64,000 nt of DNA from Nageia nagi (Eukaryota > Plantae > Pinophyta): the NCBI GenBank assembly GCA_050084985.1, contig JBITNC010000001.1, positions 141,608,001-141,672,000 of the forward strand, written 5' to 3'. The position numbers and the translations under genes were made by a program. Shown in pieces: positions 26,316 through 40,142 of this stretch; the first letter of the stretch is position 1; each line of letters starts with the position of its first letter. A model generated the notes under the pieces. It did no database searches. It had not been told where the DNA came from and worked only from the letters and a program-made list of their open reading frames with translations.

Positions 26316-27139
26316 GTTGGCATTCTAGGGAAAGTGCTTTCGATATGTTCATTTAACCAATTTAGTAAATGTAACCTATACTGCTTTAGTTTCTCATTCA
26401 TGCTAATATTTTTTAAATAAGTTTATATAGTAAGGGGATGAAATTCCTCTATTATCGCAAGCTACAACATATCTAAAATCCTTTTACTATGTTCATTTTC
26501 ATTACAACATTGATCAAAATTCACCTTTTATTCTAGAGAAGATATTAATTCAAGATAGGGGTGATACCTCTAAGGAAAAAAATACATTAGAAATGAGCCC
26601 TTTGGAGTGTAATTGATGTTATTTAAGGTAACAATTGTGGACTTCTTTGAGGCTATTTTCTTAAAATCTTTATAGTTCTCATGAATCTCTATGTTCATAC
26701 AAAATTTCATCAAATTTTATGCGAAGAAGCATTGATCTGCATCTTACCCATGATATGTTTTAATTAAGAGCCCTAACTATAAGTTTCTTTTGGCAATGTA
26801 TTACCCTTCTCCTACACTCAAATATTTTAACATCTCTTGTTTGATATCCAAGTGCAAGATCAAAATCCTTGCACCACCAAATTATTATTTTGGAAACTAT
26901 GAGAGTGGTGATGATATTTGTGATGAGGCATGTCAACCTACCCTAATTGTAATCCTGCTTAGCCATAATTACATGACTAGGAAAATGATTCTAATATAGG
27001 AAGTAACACTTAACGAATATCCTAATTACTTAGCACACTTTTCAAAATAGTTCTATTTACATATGGTACATCCACTAAGTGATGGCATGTCCCACCTGTG
27101 ATATGATGCAATATTTTAAATGTTGGTCATTGATGGGCA

Positions 27140-28930
27140 TATGTAAAATTTGAACATCCATTCATGCCAATTTAAATGCATTGCATTCTTTCTTTCCAGT
27201 GATGAGGTAGGGTCCAAACCATATGGAATCATACTTCTAATGCTTGTTGGGATTTTCCTCCTCTTCATCCCATTTTAACACTAGATATCCTTATTTAAAC
27301 TCTATCATTGATGATTTCTTATTATCAAATCATCTTTTAATAATGTTATTCCTTCTTTTTAGCCCATGATAGGCTTGATTTTGCATTTCTTCTAAGTGTA
27401 TCAATTCATTCATACATAATTGCATGGTGTCCATGTTTGACATCTCATACTTTTGAAATAAGAGTTAAATTTTTTGTATATGTAGGTAAGACAACCCTGT
27501 TCCCACAAATAAGCATGTAAGAGGAAGAATTGATTGATTATTTATATATGATTTAGTCTACCCATAGAGCAAAATGAAGCTTTTTGTTCTAGTATCTTCA
27601 TTTATAACTAATCATCCTCTTAAGAATTTTGAGTAAATTATTATTTGTAAACTTAGCCAAACCATTGTGTTGGGGGTAGCAGTTAGAAGATGTCTTCTAG
27701 TATATATCATAGTTTGTGGAAAATTCTATGAATTTTATCCCTAAGAATGTAGGAACATTATCTGATATCACCATTTGTAAAATTCCAAAATGGGTGATGA
27801 TCTTCTCCATGAAATTATGATTGTTTCTTGATGTACACTTTTGGTCATTATGGCCTCTTCTTATTTTATAACATAGTTAGTAGTAGTTAAGATAAACTTG
27901 TGTCCAACTAAAGAATTTGGATTTATCATCCTTATAAAATTGAGTTCCCATTGCAAAAAAGGTTCTTCTACCAAAGTTGATTGTAGTGACATAAAAATCA
28001 TCCTCCTATTCCCTACATATTATTGATATTTATCATATTATTTGGCTAACTTAAAGAAGTCAATATAGATAGAAGGCCAATAATATTCAACTTGAACAGG
28101 TTTTATCATAGTTGTGTAATCTGAGAAATGTCCTCCCCTAAGTCTAGAATGAAAGTCTTTAAGGACCTTACTAGTCTCAGTAGGACATATGAATCTCAAT
28201 AACACCACATCATAATTCTTTTTGAATAGTACATTCTATATCAATGTATAATTAAGTGAATTAAACTTAAATATTCTCCTTTCTAGGGCATTCAACTATC
28301 ATGGGGGTTTATAGGTATTAAAATATTTATTTATTTATGTGACCCAATTATTATGTTCATATGATACCTATGATTCTCTTTCATATTCCTCTTGCATGCA
28401 CACTTCTTTGGAAGAGGCATCTAGTGTGCTCTACCCTTCATGATCTTCATAGGTTTAATCTCTACATCATTTTATAGTATTTTAGTTATCCATCTATCTC
28501 TTCAATCCCCTATTTCTCCTTGTAGAATGTAATCTTGCACATCCACGTGGATAATTGGGAAGAATATCTAGGTCTATGATACACATTGCTTGAACTTGAT
28601 TAGAAATTTCATTATGATAAATATCTATTTTTCTATAAAATTATACCTTTCTTCCACATCATGCAAAATCCAACTAAAGAATGCAATAGGATGCTCATTG
28701 TTATCACTATTCTTCTAGATTAATATTGCAACTATACTCTTTTAGGACCCATAAACATACAAGGGAAAATTTTTAATAAGTTTGAATTAACCAATACATG
28801 AGTTTTTATGATTGCCATTTTATTTTCTCAAATGTGTATTTCTTCTTAGGTTTCCAAATGAAAGGGACATATACTTTTAACATATATGTGCTAAGATACA
28901 CTATTTTCCTTTCTTAGAATGGCTATGAAG
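27140..28930 (-). mobile_element. Ty3/gypsy RNase H-integrase remnant
   Basis: Minus-strand EHPIAFF (~28690), GGHFS, YYWPSIY (~28080), EPFxQWELNFIRMINP (~27950), TSSNCYPQHNGLA (~27670), KYDSIWFGPY (~27220). Confidence 0.85.
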
Positions 28931-29074
28931 TTTAGAGCATAATAAATTTCAAGCAATTTCCAAACTATATTTCTATAATACATTAAGTAATGATGTTCAC
29001 CGAAAATCTTTCTTTCACTTGACTTAATATAAGGTTTGAGTCACCAAATATGCTTTGGCAATTAATATTCTTTT

Positions 29075-29360
29075 AATAATATCTTAAACCATACATGAAA
29101 TACCTATAATAGGAAAATAGAGGCCACATGAGGTTTAAAAATTGAAATTAAAAACTCTTTGTATTTTTTGATACCTATAAATCTTATTGGAATAGGCTAA
29201 AGTTTTGGCTTATTATATAAAATAAGGATGAATTCAACCTTAACTTTGATGTTTTTAAGATCTTAAAATTGCAGGATTTTTCTAATGAGTTTAGAATCTT
29301 AGCCTTGCAATTTGATTTCTTCAATTCATCCTAAACTGTATTGTTTTGGTATGAAAAGTT
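29075..29360 (+). repeat. Dispersed repeat copy A (~285 bp)
   Basis: Matches 38655-38940 (CATGAAATACCTATAATAGGAAA...CACATGAGGTTTRAAAATTGAAATTAAAAACTCTTT...TCTAATGAGTTTAGAATCT). Confidence 0.88.
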
Positions 29361-29389
29361 CTATGACATAAGTCACATTCAAAGATCAT

Positions 29390-31280
29390 TGATTTATCAA
29401 TTATTTTAAATACTCTTGCAAAGCCTGCTCAAACATTAGGCAAAGTAAACTACAACTCTTGCAAAAAATCATAAGGCAAAAAATAAGAGTTAGGATCATA
29501 GAGGTGCAATTTACTCTTCATAAAAAACCAGGCTTCCCTTGCACTTGCACTCCATATCATAGAAGATTGAATCAATTTATCATTAGATTTTTTCCACCAT
29601 ATTAAAGTCTTTATAGAGGACCTAGGTAATATGTGGAAAATGTAACACCAACAAACACCAAAGGGTACATATATTAGGAGATTTTGTGGAAGCATACACA
29701 TTGATAATTCCAAATGTTTTATTATAAATTTCTAATAGATTCCAAATGAACTATTTTGAAGGGTCGACTCCCCAAGTCACCACATGGGCTTGCCACTTCA
29801 TATCAAAAATAGTGACAAATCTTTCTTTCTAAGAAAAATAATTCATGGTGTAAAAGTTATAATTAGGCCACATAAAGTTATAATAACACTATATAATAAA
29901 ATTGGTTATTTTATCTTCTTTTATATACATGAAATCAACAATACAAAAAAGGTAAGAGGTGTTACCCAACTCATGTTGGACATGATATTTTTGGAATGGG
30001 TTTGTCATTCTCCTCACATTCTAAGAGAAAAAATCATGAGGTATTATCAATATTGATAGCATCCATGATATCTTCAACATATCCCAAGGAACCATGAGTC
30101 CTAAAAGAATTGAAGATATGTGTATCACCACCTTCAAGAAGAGACATCTAGTAACAAAGTTCCTTCCTAGGTCATTGCTCATTAAACATTACCTCACAAA
30201 TAACATCTAAATTAATCCTTGTTGTACATTGGAAATGATGTACTTTAAGCATAGGTTCCTCATCAAAGTGGATGTAAAAATTACTTTAAGAAGGAATACC
30301 TTCAAAGGAAGAGGATAAAATAAGACTTAGGGAGGGGAAAGAATCTATAACAACTATGGTAAATGAGGAGTAAGACTAAAAGGAAGAAAAATAGGATTAT
30401 GATTATGGAATAGATAATATAGAAGAGGTGGACTGCATGGTCACTGATGTAAACATAGGAGATGAGAGAGTGATAAAGGTGGCTTGGGGTTGCACTATGG
30501 GTGTATGTGGTTACATGGTTGAGATGATGAGTGGTTTCATGGTGAAGGTGAAAGGGGTAAAATTTGGTTGAGAGGAACTAGTAGGTTCGGGTTGTTTATT
30601 CTAATGGCTCCTTATATTAGGGATTGTTATCCATCCCTCTTATCCTCCTTTAATACCATTGGATAGGGATATAGGAGAAATTGAGGAGCTTTGAGGTTAT
30701 TTGTGCTTACACTCCATTAGTGGGTAATCCTTAATCTTATTAGTTGCTAACTTGCAATGGTAAAAAATGTTCAATAGATTGATATATATAATTCTTTGGT
30801 GTAGGGTATGTTCACCAATTTTGATATCTAAATACTCTTGTAAATATTTAGCTAGGTAAAATTTCACACATACCCTTCTAGTGTGATGAGTGGAGAACCA
30901 CTTCTTTGTCTCAAAATAGAAAAAATTGCTAAGGGATGACACCAACTCTTGCAAAAACCCCATAGATAGACAAATAACCTAGGAAATTCAACATAAACTA
31001 GGAATTTTAACTCAACTTGATAACATGTTGTGAAATCTTATGTGTAATATTACATAATAAGATAAGAGTTATAGACTATCTATGGGAACTTGTTAAGGAT
31101 CTTTTGATATTGGAATAGGTTAGAAAAATGCATGAGGGGGTCACTATTAGGAAATGGTAAATACCATGTGAGTGCATGCCAAGGGGTATTTTAATATTAA
31201 GTCAAACTATTGGTATATCGGTAAGTACTTTATAAGGGGAAGGGGGGGTATGGGTGTTTAAAATGTATATAAAATATTAT
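29390..31280 (-). mobile_element. gypsy gag-like remnant
   Basis: ORF 30697..30963 (KKWFST) and a Pro-rich stretch; 31136-31278 is an inverted copy of 50919-51062. Confidence 0.5.
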
Positions 31281-31479
31281 ATTGATATTATCTAAGTAAG
31301 CTATTTTCTTTACTCTTGTTTGTGAGTGTATAACTTTCAACACTAAATAAACACCACAATATTAAATTATGATTTCCATTTGCATCAATTGATGATCTTA
31401 TATAATAAAAAAAGGTTATAAAAGTGTTATAGGGAAAGAACCATTGCACACCCATTTTATTTAAAAAGAATATTTTCTT

Positions 31480-33280
31480 TTTACACTTACATACAAAGGA
31501 GAAGCTACTTGGATTTTATAATCAAGAGTTTATCCTCATAAATAGATCCATAAATAGGTCTCTTGGACTTTATCACCAAGGGCCTAGGCTATACTCTAAT
31601 TTCATCATAAAGATAGTTTTCCCTTATGTCATCATTTTGTGTGATTTTAAATAACAAAATATGATGGTTTCAATTGAAAAAGTTTTGGATTACTATAATT
31701 CCAAGTGATGATATCAATGAGTAAAACTACTAGTTAAAGGGTATTAAAAAAAAATTATTTTATTCGATAAAATGGTGATTTTTTAAAAAGGGTTATTAGT
31801 TGTTATACAGGGGTTTATCATGAGGGGTTGAATAAATTAAAATATAATGTGGTAAATTTTACAAAAAGAGGCTTTTTAAAGAAGATTATGAATGCACATG
31901 TTTTGAAGGCTTTCTATTAAGTGACTCTCCCATGGAAAAATGAAATAGGAAATAAATTTTGGTTAAATTAGGGATGTTTTCCACCTTGACACCATATGGA
32001 ATCCAAAATTATTGCACCTAGGTGTGAATAAAGGAATCAATCATAAATCTACCTAGAAAATAACCAACTAAAGTATGAATTTTAAACCAAGTACATTCAG
32101 ATTGAAAGTTTTCAAGAGGAATGCAAACTTCAATAATGGAGCCTTTACCTTATGGAATATATTTGCAATAACTTTGGACAAATATTCCTTTATTTTTTTT
32201 CAAATCCCTAGATATCATATTCAAGAAATTTATAAATAATGGATATGAATTATCCCTCACACATCAAGGTTTGTTCAAGTTACTAATTGTAGATGCTCAT
32301 GCCAAACTTCTAGTACTAGAAAATAGGTCATGGACACATTTTTGAACTCAAGAAGGGCTAACCCTTATGAAAATTAGAGAATAAAAATTCTAAGATGAAG
32401 TTATGAACCCTCTTATAGATCAATAAAGAGATGAATAGTTTTAGAATCAAAAGAAATTAACCTTAAAAGAATAGATAAAACCATCCAAAATAGCTAAATG
32501 AAAGAGCAAAGCCTCTAAGTTATGCTTGCTAATGGAAGAACCAATTCTAGATCTAGAACAATTATAATCTTCTAGAGTAACTAGGAGGAGATAAGAAATA
32601 TCCCTATTTATAACACATGTAAAAATGAAATAGGCCAACTTGAGGATAAAATTGAAGATAATTTGATGAAAAATATAAAAATTAGAAAATAAATTTTACA
32701 TTCTATGTGTAAAGATAAAATTAGCTAAAATGATTCTTCCATGCCCTTGTAATGTGCACATAAAAGAGTTAGTTTTTTGAGTTACAACCTTAGCATTCAA
32801 TGAGCTTTTTTCCCATGAACATCTAGAGAAGATAAATAATGAAGCTCTAAAATAACAACCAAGTAGTGGAGATATTTTGAAATTTGTAGAAGAATAAAAT
32901 CTAATAGACATTGTGCAATTGAATAAGAACTGTGAGTAGATGAAAGGACTTAAAATTCTCCATTTGTCATTTTAGCAAATGATATATAACCCATGGACTA
33001 TGAAGAGTATCAATTTCCTTTAGAACTTGAAGAGGAATAACTAATTGAGAAGGAATAATTATAAGATACTATAAACCTTGTGGACATCATAGAGTCTACC
33101 ATTGAATTGGGAAAATAGGTAAAATAATAGAAAAGAGGAAAAGAAAATAAGAGCCAAATGGCAATAGCTTCAAAGGTTTCCCTATGAAGACCACATAGTA
33201 ATATAAATTGATGATTCAAGTTTGAAAGAGCTTGAATCCAAAACTTATCTTACCTTAGTAAAAGAATAATAATAATAATT
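31480..33280 (+). mobile_element. Probable LINE 3' remnant carrying extra ORF-X (copy A)
   Basis: KYIQIES, NIPLFFFKSLD and HQGLFKLLIVD (32262) match the ORF at 56550-56870; ends AAAACTTATCTTACCTTAGTAAAAG(AAT)n, similar to the LINE 3' end at 55391-55430; possible RNase H tail near 31540-31590. Confidence 0.55.
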
Positions 33281-35181
33281 AGAGAATGTATAACCTCTAA
33301 GCATATCATCAAAAGATGTAAATAAGTGTATGCCATTATTTAATAAGAAAATAAATATTATAATGTCCATTATAAGGACATAATTGAAGGTAAAATCCTC
33401 TATTTGAACATACACAATTTAAAAATGAAAGGAAAAAAATTAAGAGTTAGAGGATAAGTTAGGATTTAAGGTAGAAGAGAAAGGGTTATGTGAGTAAGAG
33501 CTTAATTATCCTAATAAAAGGTTAGAAAAATTATAAAAAATGCTCCAATCTCTTCAAAGTTGTAGACCCTATATTGAGATGTATACTTTATTGTTGAAAG
33601 AGTGGTACATACTCTTCCAAATGTTTAAGAGTTTTGTAGGAAAGTTTTATCAAATCACCATAAAAGAAGATTTCTTTGGAATCTTCTTTGAGATCTCACA
33701 AAATCAATAAAATTTAATGCTAGAGATTTATGTCCATAATGACTACCTTCATGCTATTAGTAATTTCAATCCTCATCCATGGGTGGGAGATATACATGTT
33801 AGATCCTTTTACTTTAGCATGCAGATATAGGTTCTCACACATAGGGAAGCCACATAGTATGATAAGATGAAATGAGAATTAGGTCTTGTTTTGAAAGCCC
33901 AATGCCCCTTTCTTAAACTAACAATTACAAAATTTATTGAATGGAATAGAGAATTAAGATGAAAGGATAAAGCCATGGATATTAGGACATATATATGATG
34001 CATTTGTATGAGATTCCCTAATAAGAAAAATGGATAGGCATTAATATTTTCTTGCTATTTTGAGGAAGATACTAGAGATGATTTCGATTCCCAATTTTTA
34101 AAAGGCTAAGTAAAACTTTCCATAATATAAAGATCAATTAGAGATAAATGTTACTATGGAGTGCATTGGGGAAAGGTATCATCAACCCTACTTATGACTT
34201 AATTTCCCTTATTTAACATACATGCATTAACTATATTATGATTAGATCATGGAAGAATGGGAGAAGACTATTGAGGATGATGAGTACTACCTTATAAAGA
34301 CTTGGTAAGATTCCCAAGATCTTGAATTTAATGCCTTTGTTAAGAGAATAAATGAGAAAGTTGCATAAGTACATGCAACATATTAGATTTGGGAGGATTA
34401 TGAGTTATGAAATTAACCATTTTATGGACTATTTTTACTTAATTAATCCTTAAACATTATTCTCTTTTTTATGAACAATCTATGTATTGGTCTTAAATAT
34501 GATGATTAAAAATGATAGCCTTTAATTTGGTGATTTATAAATTTTTGGTATCAAAATAAGAATTTTTTTTTGTTTCCCTTTGGATGTTTCTATTCTCATT
34601 TTGGTAGGTGTAAGAAGGAGATAAGGAGGTATTTGAATGGTACACAAATAATTTACTAATGACTAAATATCCTTCTCATGATCTTGTTGATCCATTTATG
34701 TCAATCAATTTAATCCAAATTATCCTATAAAAGTCCATTAGGTGTGCATTCAATGACTTGCAATTGGGTACCTATTCATTTTCTAGTCTATCTTACTAGG
34801 TATATATGATACATGCTTGCAATGACTTGTAGAACCTACATTCTTGTATAGAATGAACAAGCCTAAATGATGAAATCCTTTAAGAAAGTTGTATATCATT
34901 AAAGGGATTGTAAGAGAATGAACATTCATTAGTTGATAGAAGAAATAACAAAACATTAGCTCCTCATAGTCAACTAATGATAATGTTGTATTACAATATA
35001 AACTTGTGAATCATGCATAATTAGAAATTTAGGTATAGTTGATTTGAGTAACTTTAAAAGTTATCTCCTAAAGGTACTTGGGTTTTTTCTAGGATCATGT
35101 TTTTTGATATCCTTGATGTATCTAATATTTATTATAGTACTTAATAGAAAATATTTTTTTCAAGACTATAAATATTGTAAT

Positions 35182-35459
35182 TATTATGGAACTAAAATCT
35201 AGAATACATTTTATTACAAAGAGAGGCCTATAAATAGGCATTTACAAGAAGAAATACCATGGTTTGAGAACATGGTATTGACAACATGATTTTACAATAC
35301 AATCATAAACATTAAATGAACTTAACAAATACCATGATTTGAGAATATGGTATTGAGGATGCAGTTTTACAAGACAACCATAAACATTAAATGACCTTAA
35401 CTAAATGGTTATAAAGCATTATTTTATCATAGATACCTAATGAACAATATTATTTATTA
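35182..35459 (-). repeat. LTR (left) with internal ~75-bp tandem duplication
   Basis: Matches 37132-37400; AATACCATG...GAGAAYATGGTATTGA unit present twice. Confidence 0.88.
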
Positions 35460-37131
35460 TTCCTTATCATTCCTCCTAATAATAAAGGCTTTGATACCCA
35501 AACATTAGGAGGAGGGGTTGAGAAGAAAACCAAAATGATCAAGATACAAAGTTGCTAATGTTGATGCAATATCCAAAGTTGAAGGATGAAGAAGTGCAAG
35601 ATAGCCAAAAGATGATCATAGAATTACTATAATATCAACTATTACTCTTTTATTATTAAGAGGCACCATAAATAAGTCCAAGGAATGATGAACCATGGTA
35701 TAATGAAACTACAAATCTAAGTAATGGAGTACCCAATGCATATGTTATACAATATCCAATGAATAATGGTAATAGTCATAAAATGAATCCCAATAATTAA
35801 TTTATTTTAGGGAAAAACCAAGCTGAGAACATTGCAAGAATATTTGAAGCACAAAAGCATTAAAATAATGTGAAGTACAAGTATCTCAAAAATGGAGCTA
35901 ACAAACCAAAGGAAGGATACAAAGAGAGTCCCTCAACGTGAAACTAGGGCATAAAATTTTCTTTGATGACTAAATTATGGTAGAAGGAAAATCTCAAAAG
36001 TTTAAGACCATTGTATCAAATAGATCTAAAATCAAACTTCGGATGATAAAGATACAATCTTATGAAAATTTCATTAATTAATGAAAGATATCCATTGTAA
36101 AAGAATGGTGGTCACATAGAGGATAATGAGGAAAACTATGCCATGCAACCACTCATTGTGAAGCTCTTGAAGTGATGAATCCACTAGAATCAATTATATG
36201 TCATACAAAGGTCTAAGGAAGAAATTATGAAAAAAACTCTTTCAAAATTGAAAATTGCCCAAATAATTGCAATTTTGATTTATCCATGATGCCAAATAGA
36301 TGCCAACAAATGATGAGTCAACATCAAAAATAGGTACAATAATATGAAATGATGATGAATTTCCAAGTGGAAATTAGAATATGATTAGAAAAATCCATTA
36401 CATTTTATCCACTTGTAGTAGATATAAAAATAGAAAACTTGTAGAAGGCATAACTTTTGATACAGACTCTATTTTCCATGCTCTTAGAAATTTTGGAAAG
36501 GTATGGATATGCAAAATCCAAATACAAAATTTCATCCCATTTGAAATAGTATAGGACCTTCATTTTTCACCTGCACCAAAATGTATTTGTATAAAATATT
36601 TCCTTTACAAAGGATAAAATACATGCAACATCTAATGGCTTTCATATCTAAAATAAAAGACACAATAGAGAATGAGAATAAACCCAAAGTAGGAATGATG
36701 GTAGGGAGGGGTTAATGGCATGGAGCCAATTCCTCCTCATATTTGACAGTAAATTTGAGAGTCAAAATCCCAAAATTTGAGAATGCAAATAAATAAATAA
36801 TTACAAAACCCAAAATACTTGTTTCAAGCTACGGATAGCAATTTATACCATACAAATAAACATATGAAGAAGATAGCCACTCTAGAATTAGGATGACAAT
36901 ACCAATCAAGAACTATGATTTGTATACTTTCCTTATGAAGCGTACTTGACATCAAAGAATGATGATATGTGGGTGACAAAGGAATCCTACTCCAGAAGCT
37001 ATGAACTGAAATATTGCAAAAAGAGGATCGTGGGCAATGTATATGTTGTATAGGAGGAACATCAATGGTGTATTTTACATGAATAAGGAACATCGATGGT
37101 CTTTGTCAAAGTATTCTTTTTCTATAACTAA

Positions 37132-37400
37132 TGATGTGGAATTAGAATCTAGAGTACATTCTATTACAAAGAGATGCCTATAGATAGGTATTTAATACCA
37201 TAGTTTGGGAATATGTTATAGAAAAAATGATTTTACAATACAATCATAAACATTAAATATTCTTAATGAATACCATATTTTGAGAACATGGTATTGAGGA
37301 CATGATTTTACAAGAAAATTGTAAACATTAAATGACCTTAACTAAATGCTTATAATGAATTATTTTATCATAGATACCTAATTAACAATATTATTTATCA
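37132..37400 (-). repeat. LTR (right), TG...CA
   Basis: TGATGTGGAA...TTATTTATCA; matches 35182-35459. Confidence 0.88.
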
Positions 37401-38654
37401 GTAATAATTGAGGGTTGTTATGATATATTCACTTTTCTTGGAATAAATTATATTATAGTTAAAGTTTTTTTTTTATATATATATATTTAAATAGAGGAGG
37501 ATTTAATTATTTCTCAAATAAGTCAAGTTATTTTCAAGTACATTAAAATAAAAACTATGTATTAAGTTTCAAGTTTATGTAAATTCTAGATTTGTGATAA
37601 TTAAGAATGAAGTTAATTTTAGGAGGAAATAGACCTATCTGATAGCTAGGATATGGATCAATCTACACTTATAGTTGAGGTTGTATTACCTCCATATTAT
37701 AATTTTTTTTTCCTATTTCTTGTGTGTTTAGTATTGAACATTTAGTTTGTATTTTTCTTGTTATCATGTGTTTACAAAGATTGCAATCACTTTTTCCTTC
37801 TTATACTTTCAATTTTGGATATTATCATTTATTTCTTTCTAGTGTAGAATTACTTTTGTGCATGTTACTTCATTTTATAAGAAAATTTCTTTATGATTGT
37901 TTTCTTCTTTATAGTTATGTTTCTATTCCAAGTTATTTTTATTGTCCAAGATATTTTTAAAAGTACTTTAGGTTAGTGTTAATTCCCTAAATTAGTTGAG
38001 AAGAATTTAGGTTCATAGTTTTACTACAACATTAGGATCAATAACTATTAATCTATATATATATACTACTTTATATGTATCAATAAAGTTCAATACATTA
38101 TTTTTTAACATCTTAATATTCCAAAAGTCTTTATTTGATACTACTAATAGGTCTTTAAGGCATAGATAAGCTTTCATCCAAATAAGATATTTCTCTAAAA
38201 AACCCTATAACAATATTTCTATGCATTAATTTTACTTTTAAATAGACCATATATAACTAATTTCACACTAAATATGGGTTTTATGATGTTTTATTATGTA
38301 TATATAGATAATAAAATAGATTATAACCATTAAAAACATTATTATTTTCCTACAAATTATAATATAAATATGACTAGGTGATATATGACCAAAGGGTGCA
38401 ATATAGTGATTTTGAGAAAATTAAGATATGTAAGATCTAAAACACGAGTTCCACTATCCTATATCTAATATATATTAAAATGAAATGAGGAATACATTAT
38501 TTTGTGTCATTAATTCTTTCACAAAAGTACACTAAAAATAAATGGTTTCAATAAGATTGATGCTTTTACTAGATTTTGTATGGCTTAAAATGAATGTTGA
38601 TGATCATCAAATTATTCCCCATGTGTTAATATACAAAATAAATCTAAATTTAAA

Positions 38655-38940
38655 TAATAATATTTTAAACCATGCATGAAATACCTATAATAGGAAATAG
38701 AGGGCACATGAGGTTTGAAAATTGAAATTAAAAACTCTTTCAATTTTTTAATAACTAAATATCTTATTGGAATAGGATTAAGATTGGGATTATTGGTTTA
38801 AATAAGGATGCATTAAACCTTGATTTTTATGATTTTATAAGATCTAAAAATTGTACAATTTATCTAATGAGTTTAGAATCTCAACATTGTAGTTTAATTT
38901 CTTCAATTCATCTTAAACCTTATTATTTTGGTATGAAGAG
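38655..38940 (+). repeat. Dispersed repeat copy B (~285 bp)
   Basis: Matches 29075-29360. Confidence 0.88.
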
Positions 38941-40142
38941 TTAAATAATTTTATATAATCAAATAATCATAAATTTTAGAGTGTCTCAAGTTTGAAATGA
39001 TGATCTCCAAAGGTTTATAAGTATCTATAAAATAGGGTAATTATAGATATTAATACCTTGTTTGATGAAATTAAACATGAAAGAGATTAATGACTTAAAA
39101 TGACATTGATGCATCCTTTTATATCTTTCATAATAAATAAAAAATGAATGTTAGATAACATTATGAAATTCTCTCCAATATTTTAAATAATTTTAGATAC
39201 ATAAATTGAGATTTATAACAAATCAAAAATTAAAAGTAGGTCTCTAAGATATTTCCCCTTTGGAGATGTTGTGGTAGGAATGAAGGCCACATTTCCAAAT
39301 TGATAAAAGAAAAAGATATTCATACTTTTTGGAGATATATCCTTAAAATGATAATAATATTAGTGAATACCATGAACTTATTATTTTGTATTTTTAATAT
39401 TTTTAATGCCCTTTTTATTTTTGGGATTGGTTGTAGATCCTTATGTAAAGCAATGAATTTGAAGTAAAACTGAACATATAAAATTTGGAAAGAAAGATCC
39501 CAACAAGTAGTTTAGATATTTAATATCATTTATGCCACTTCAAAATGGTATGGGGGATATTAAAAAATCTTGATAGTGATCAATAATTGATCAAGAACCC
39601 AACACTTATTAGTGAAAATCATAAATAAGAATGAACAACTTGAAATACATAAAGAGCTAAGCAATATATATGAAATGACAATAATACCATGTAATGAAGA
39701 ATTTGAAGAACATGAATAGTATAAATATCTTGAAAATAATTAAGAATGCAAGAAGTATATAATAATCAATGAGCATAATATAAGAAAAGGAAAAAAATAG
39801 TCATTCATGATAAACATAAATAAAAACTGAAGAGCTAGATATAAAGAAGATCTACTTGAAGGATTTAAGAAGATCTCATTGATGTCATCATAATATGAAT
39901 ACTTGAAGGATATTCTATTCTTTTGAATATTAAAATGGGTTGTGATGTTTCCCCAATTGAGTATATGGAAATGATAAACAATTAAAAAGTTAAATCAAAT
40001 CCTAAAATATATAAATTATTTAAATAGCTAATTAGTAACATGTTATTATTATGGGGTTGCCATGATTCATACTTAAATGCCTAAAAGATAAAAGAGGAAT
40101 AATAATTATTAAAATAATTTGAAAAGCATTGCTATTGATCAA

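Larger units (their letters stand above)
35182..37400 (-). mobile_element. Short non-autonomous LTR element (2.2 kb), 5-bp TSD GTAAT
   Basis: LTRs at 35182-35459 and 37132-37400; GTAAT at 35177-35181 and 37401-37405; pyrimidine tract TTCCTTATCATTCCTCCT inside the left LTR is a minus-strand PPT; no recognisable pol internally. Confidence 0.9.

Noticed and set aside
37410-38036. Possible solo LTR ending ...CTACAACA
   Set aside because: No matching start or TSD could be defined.
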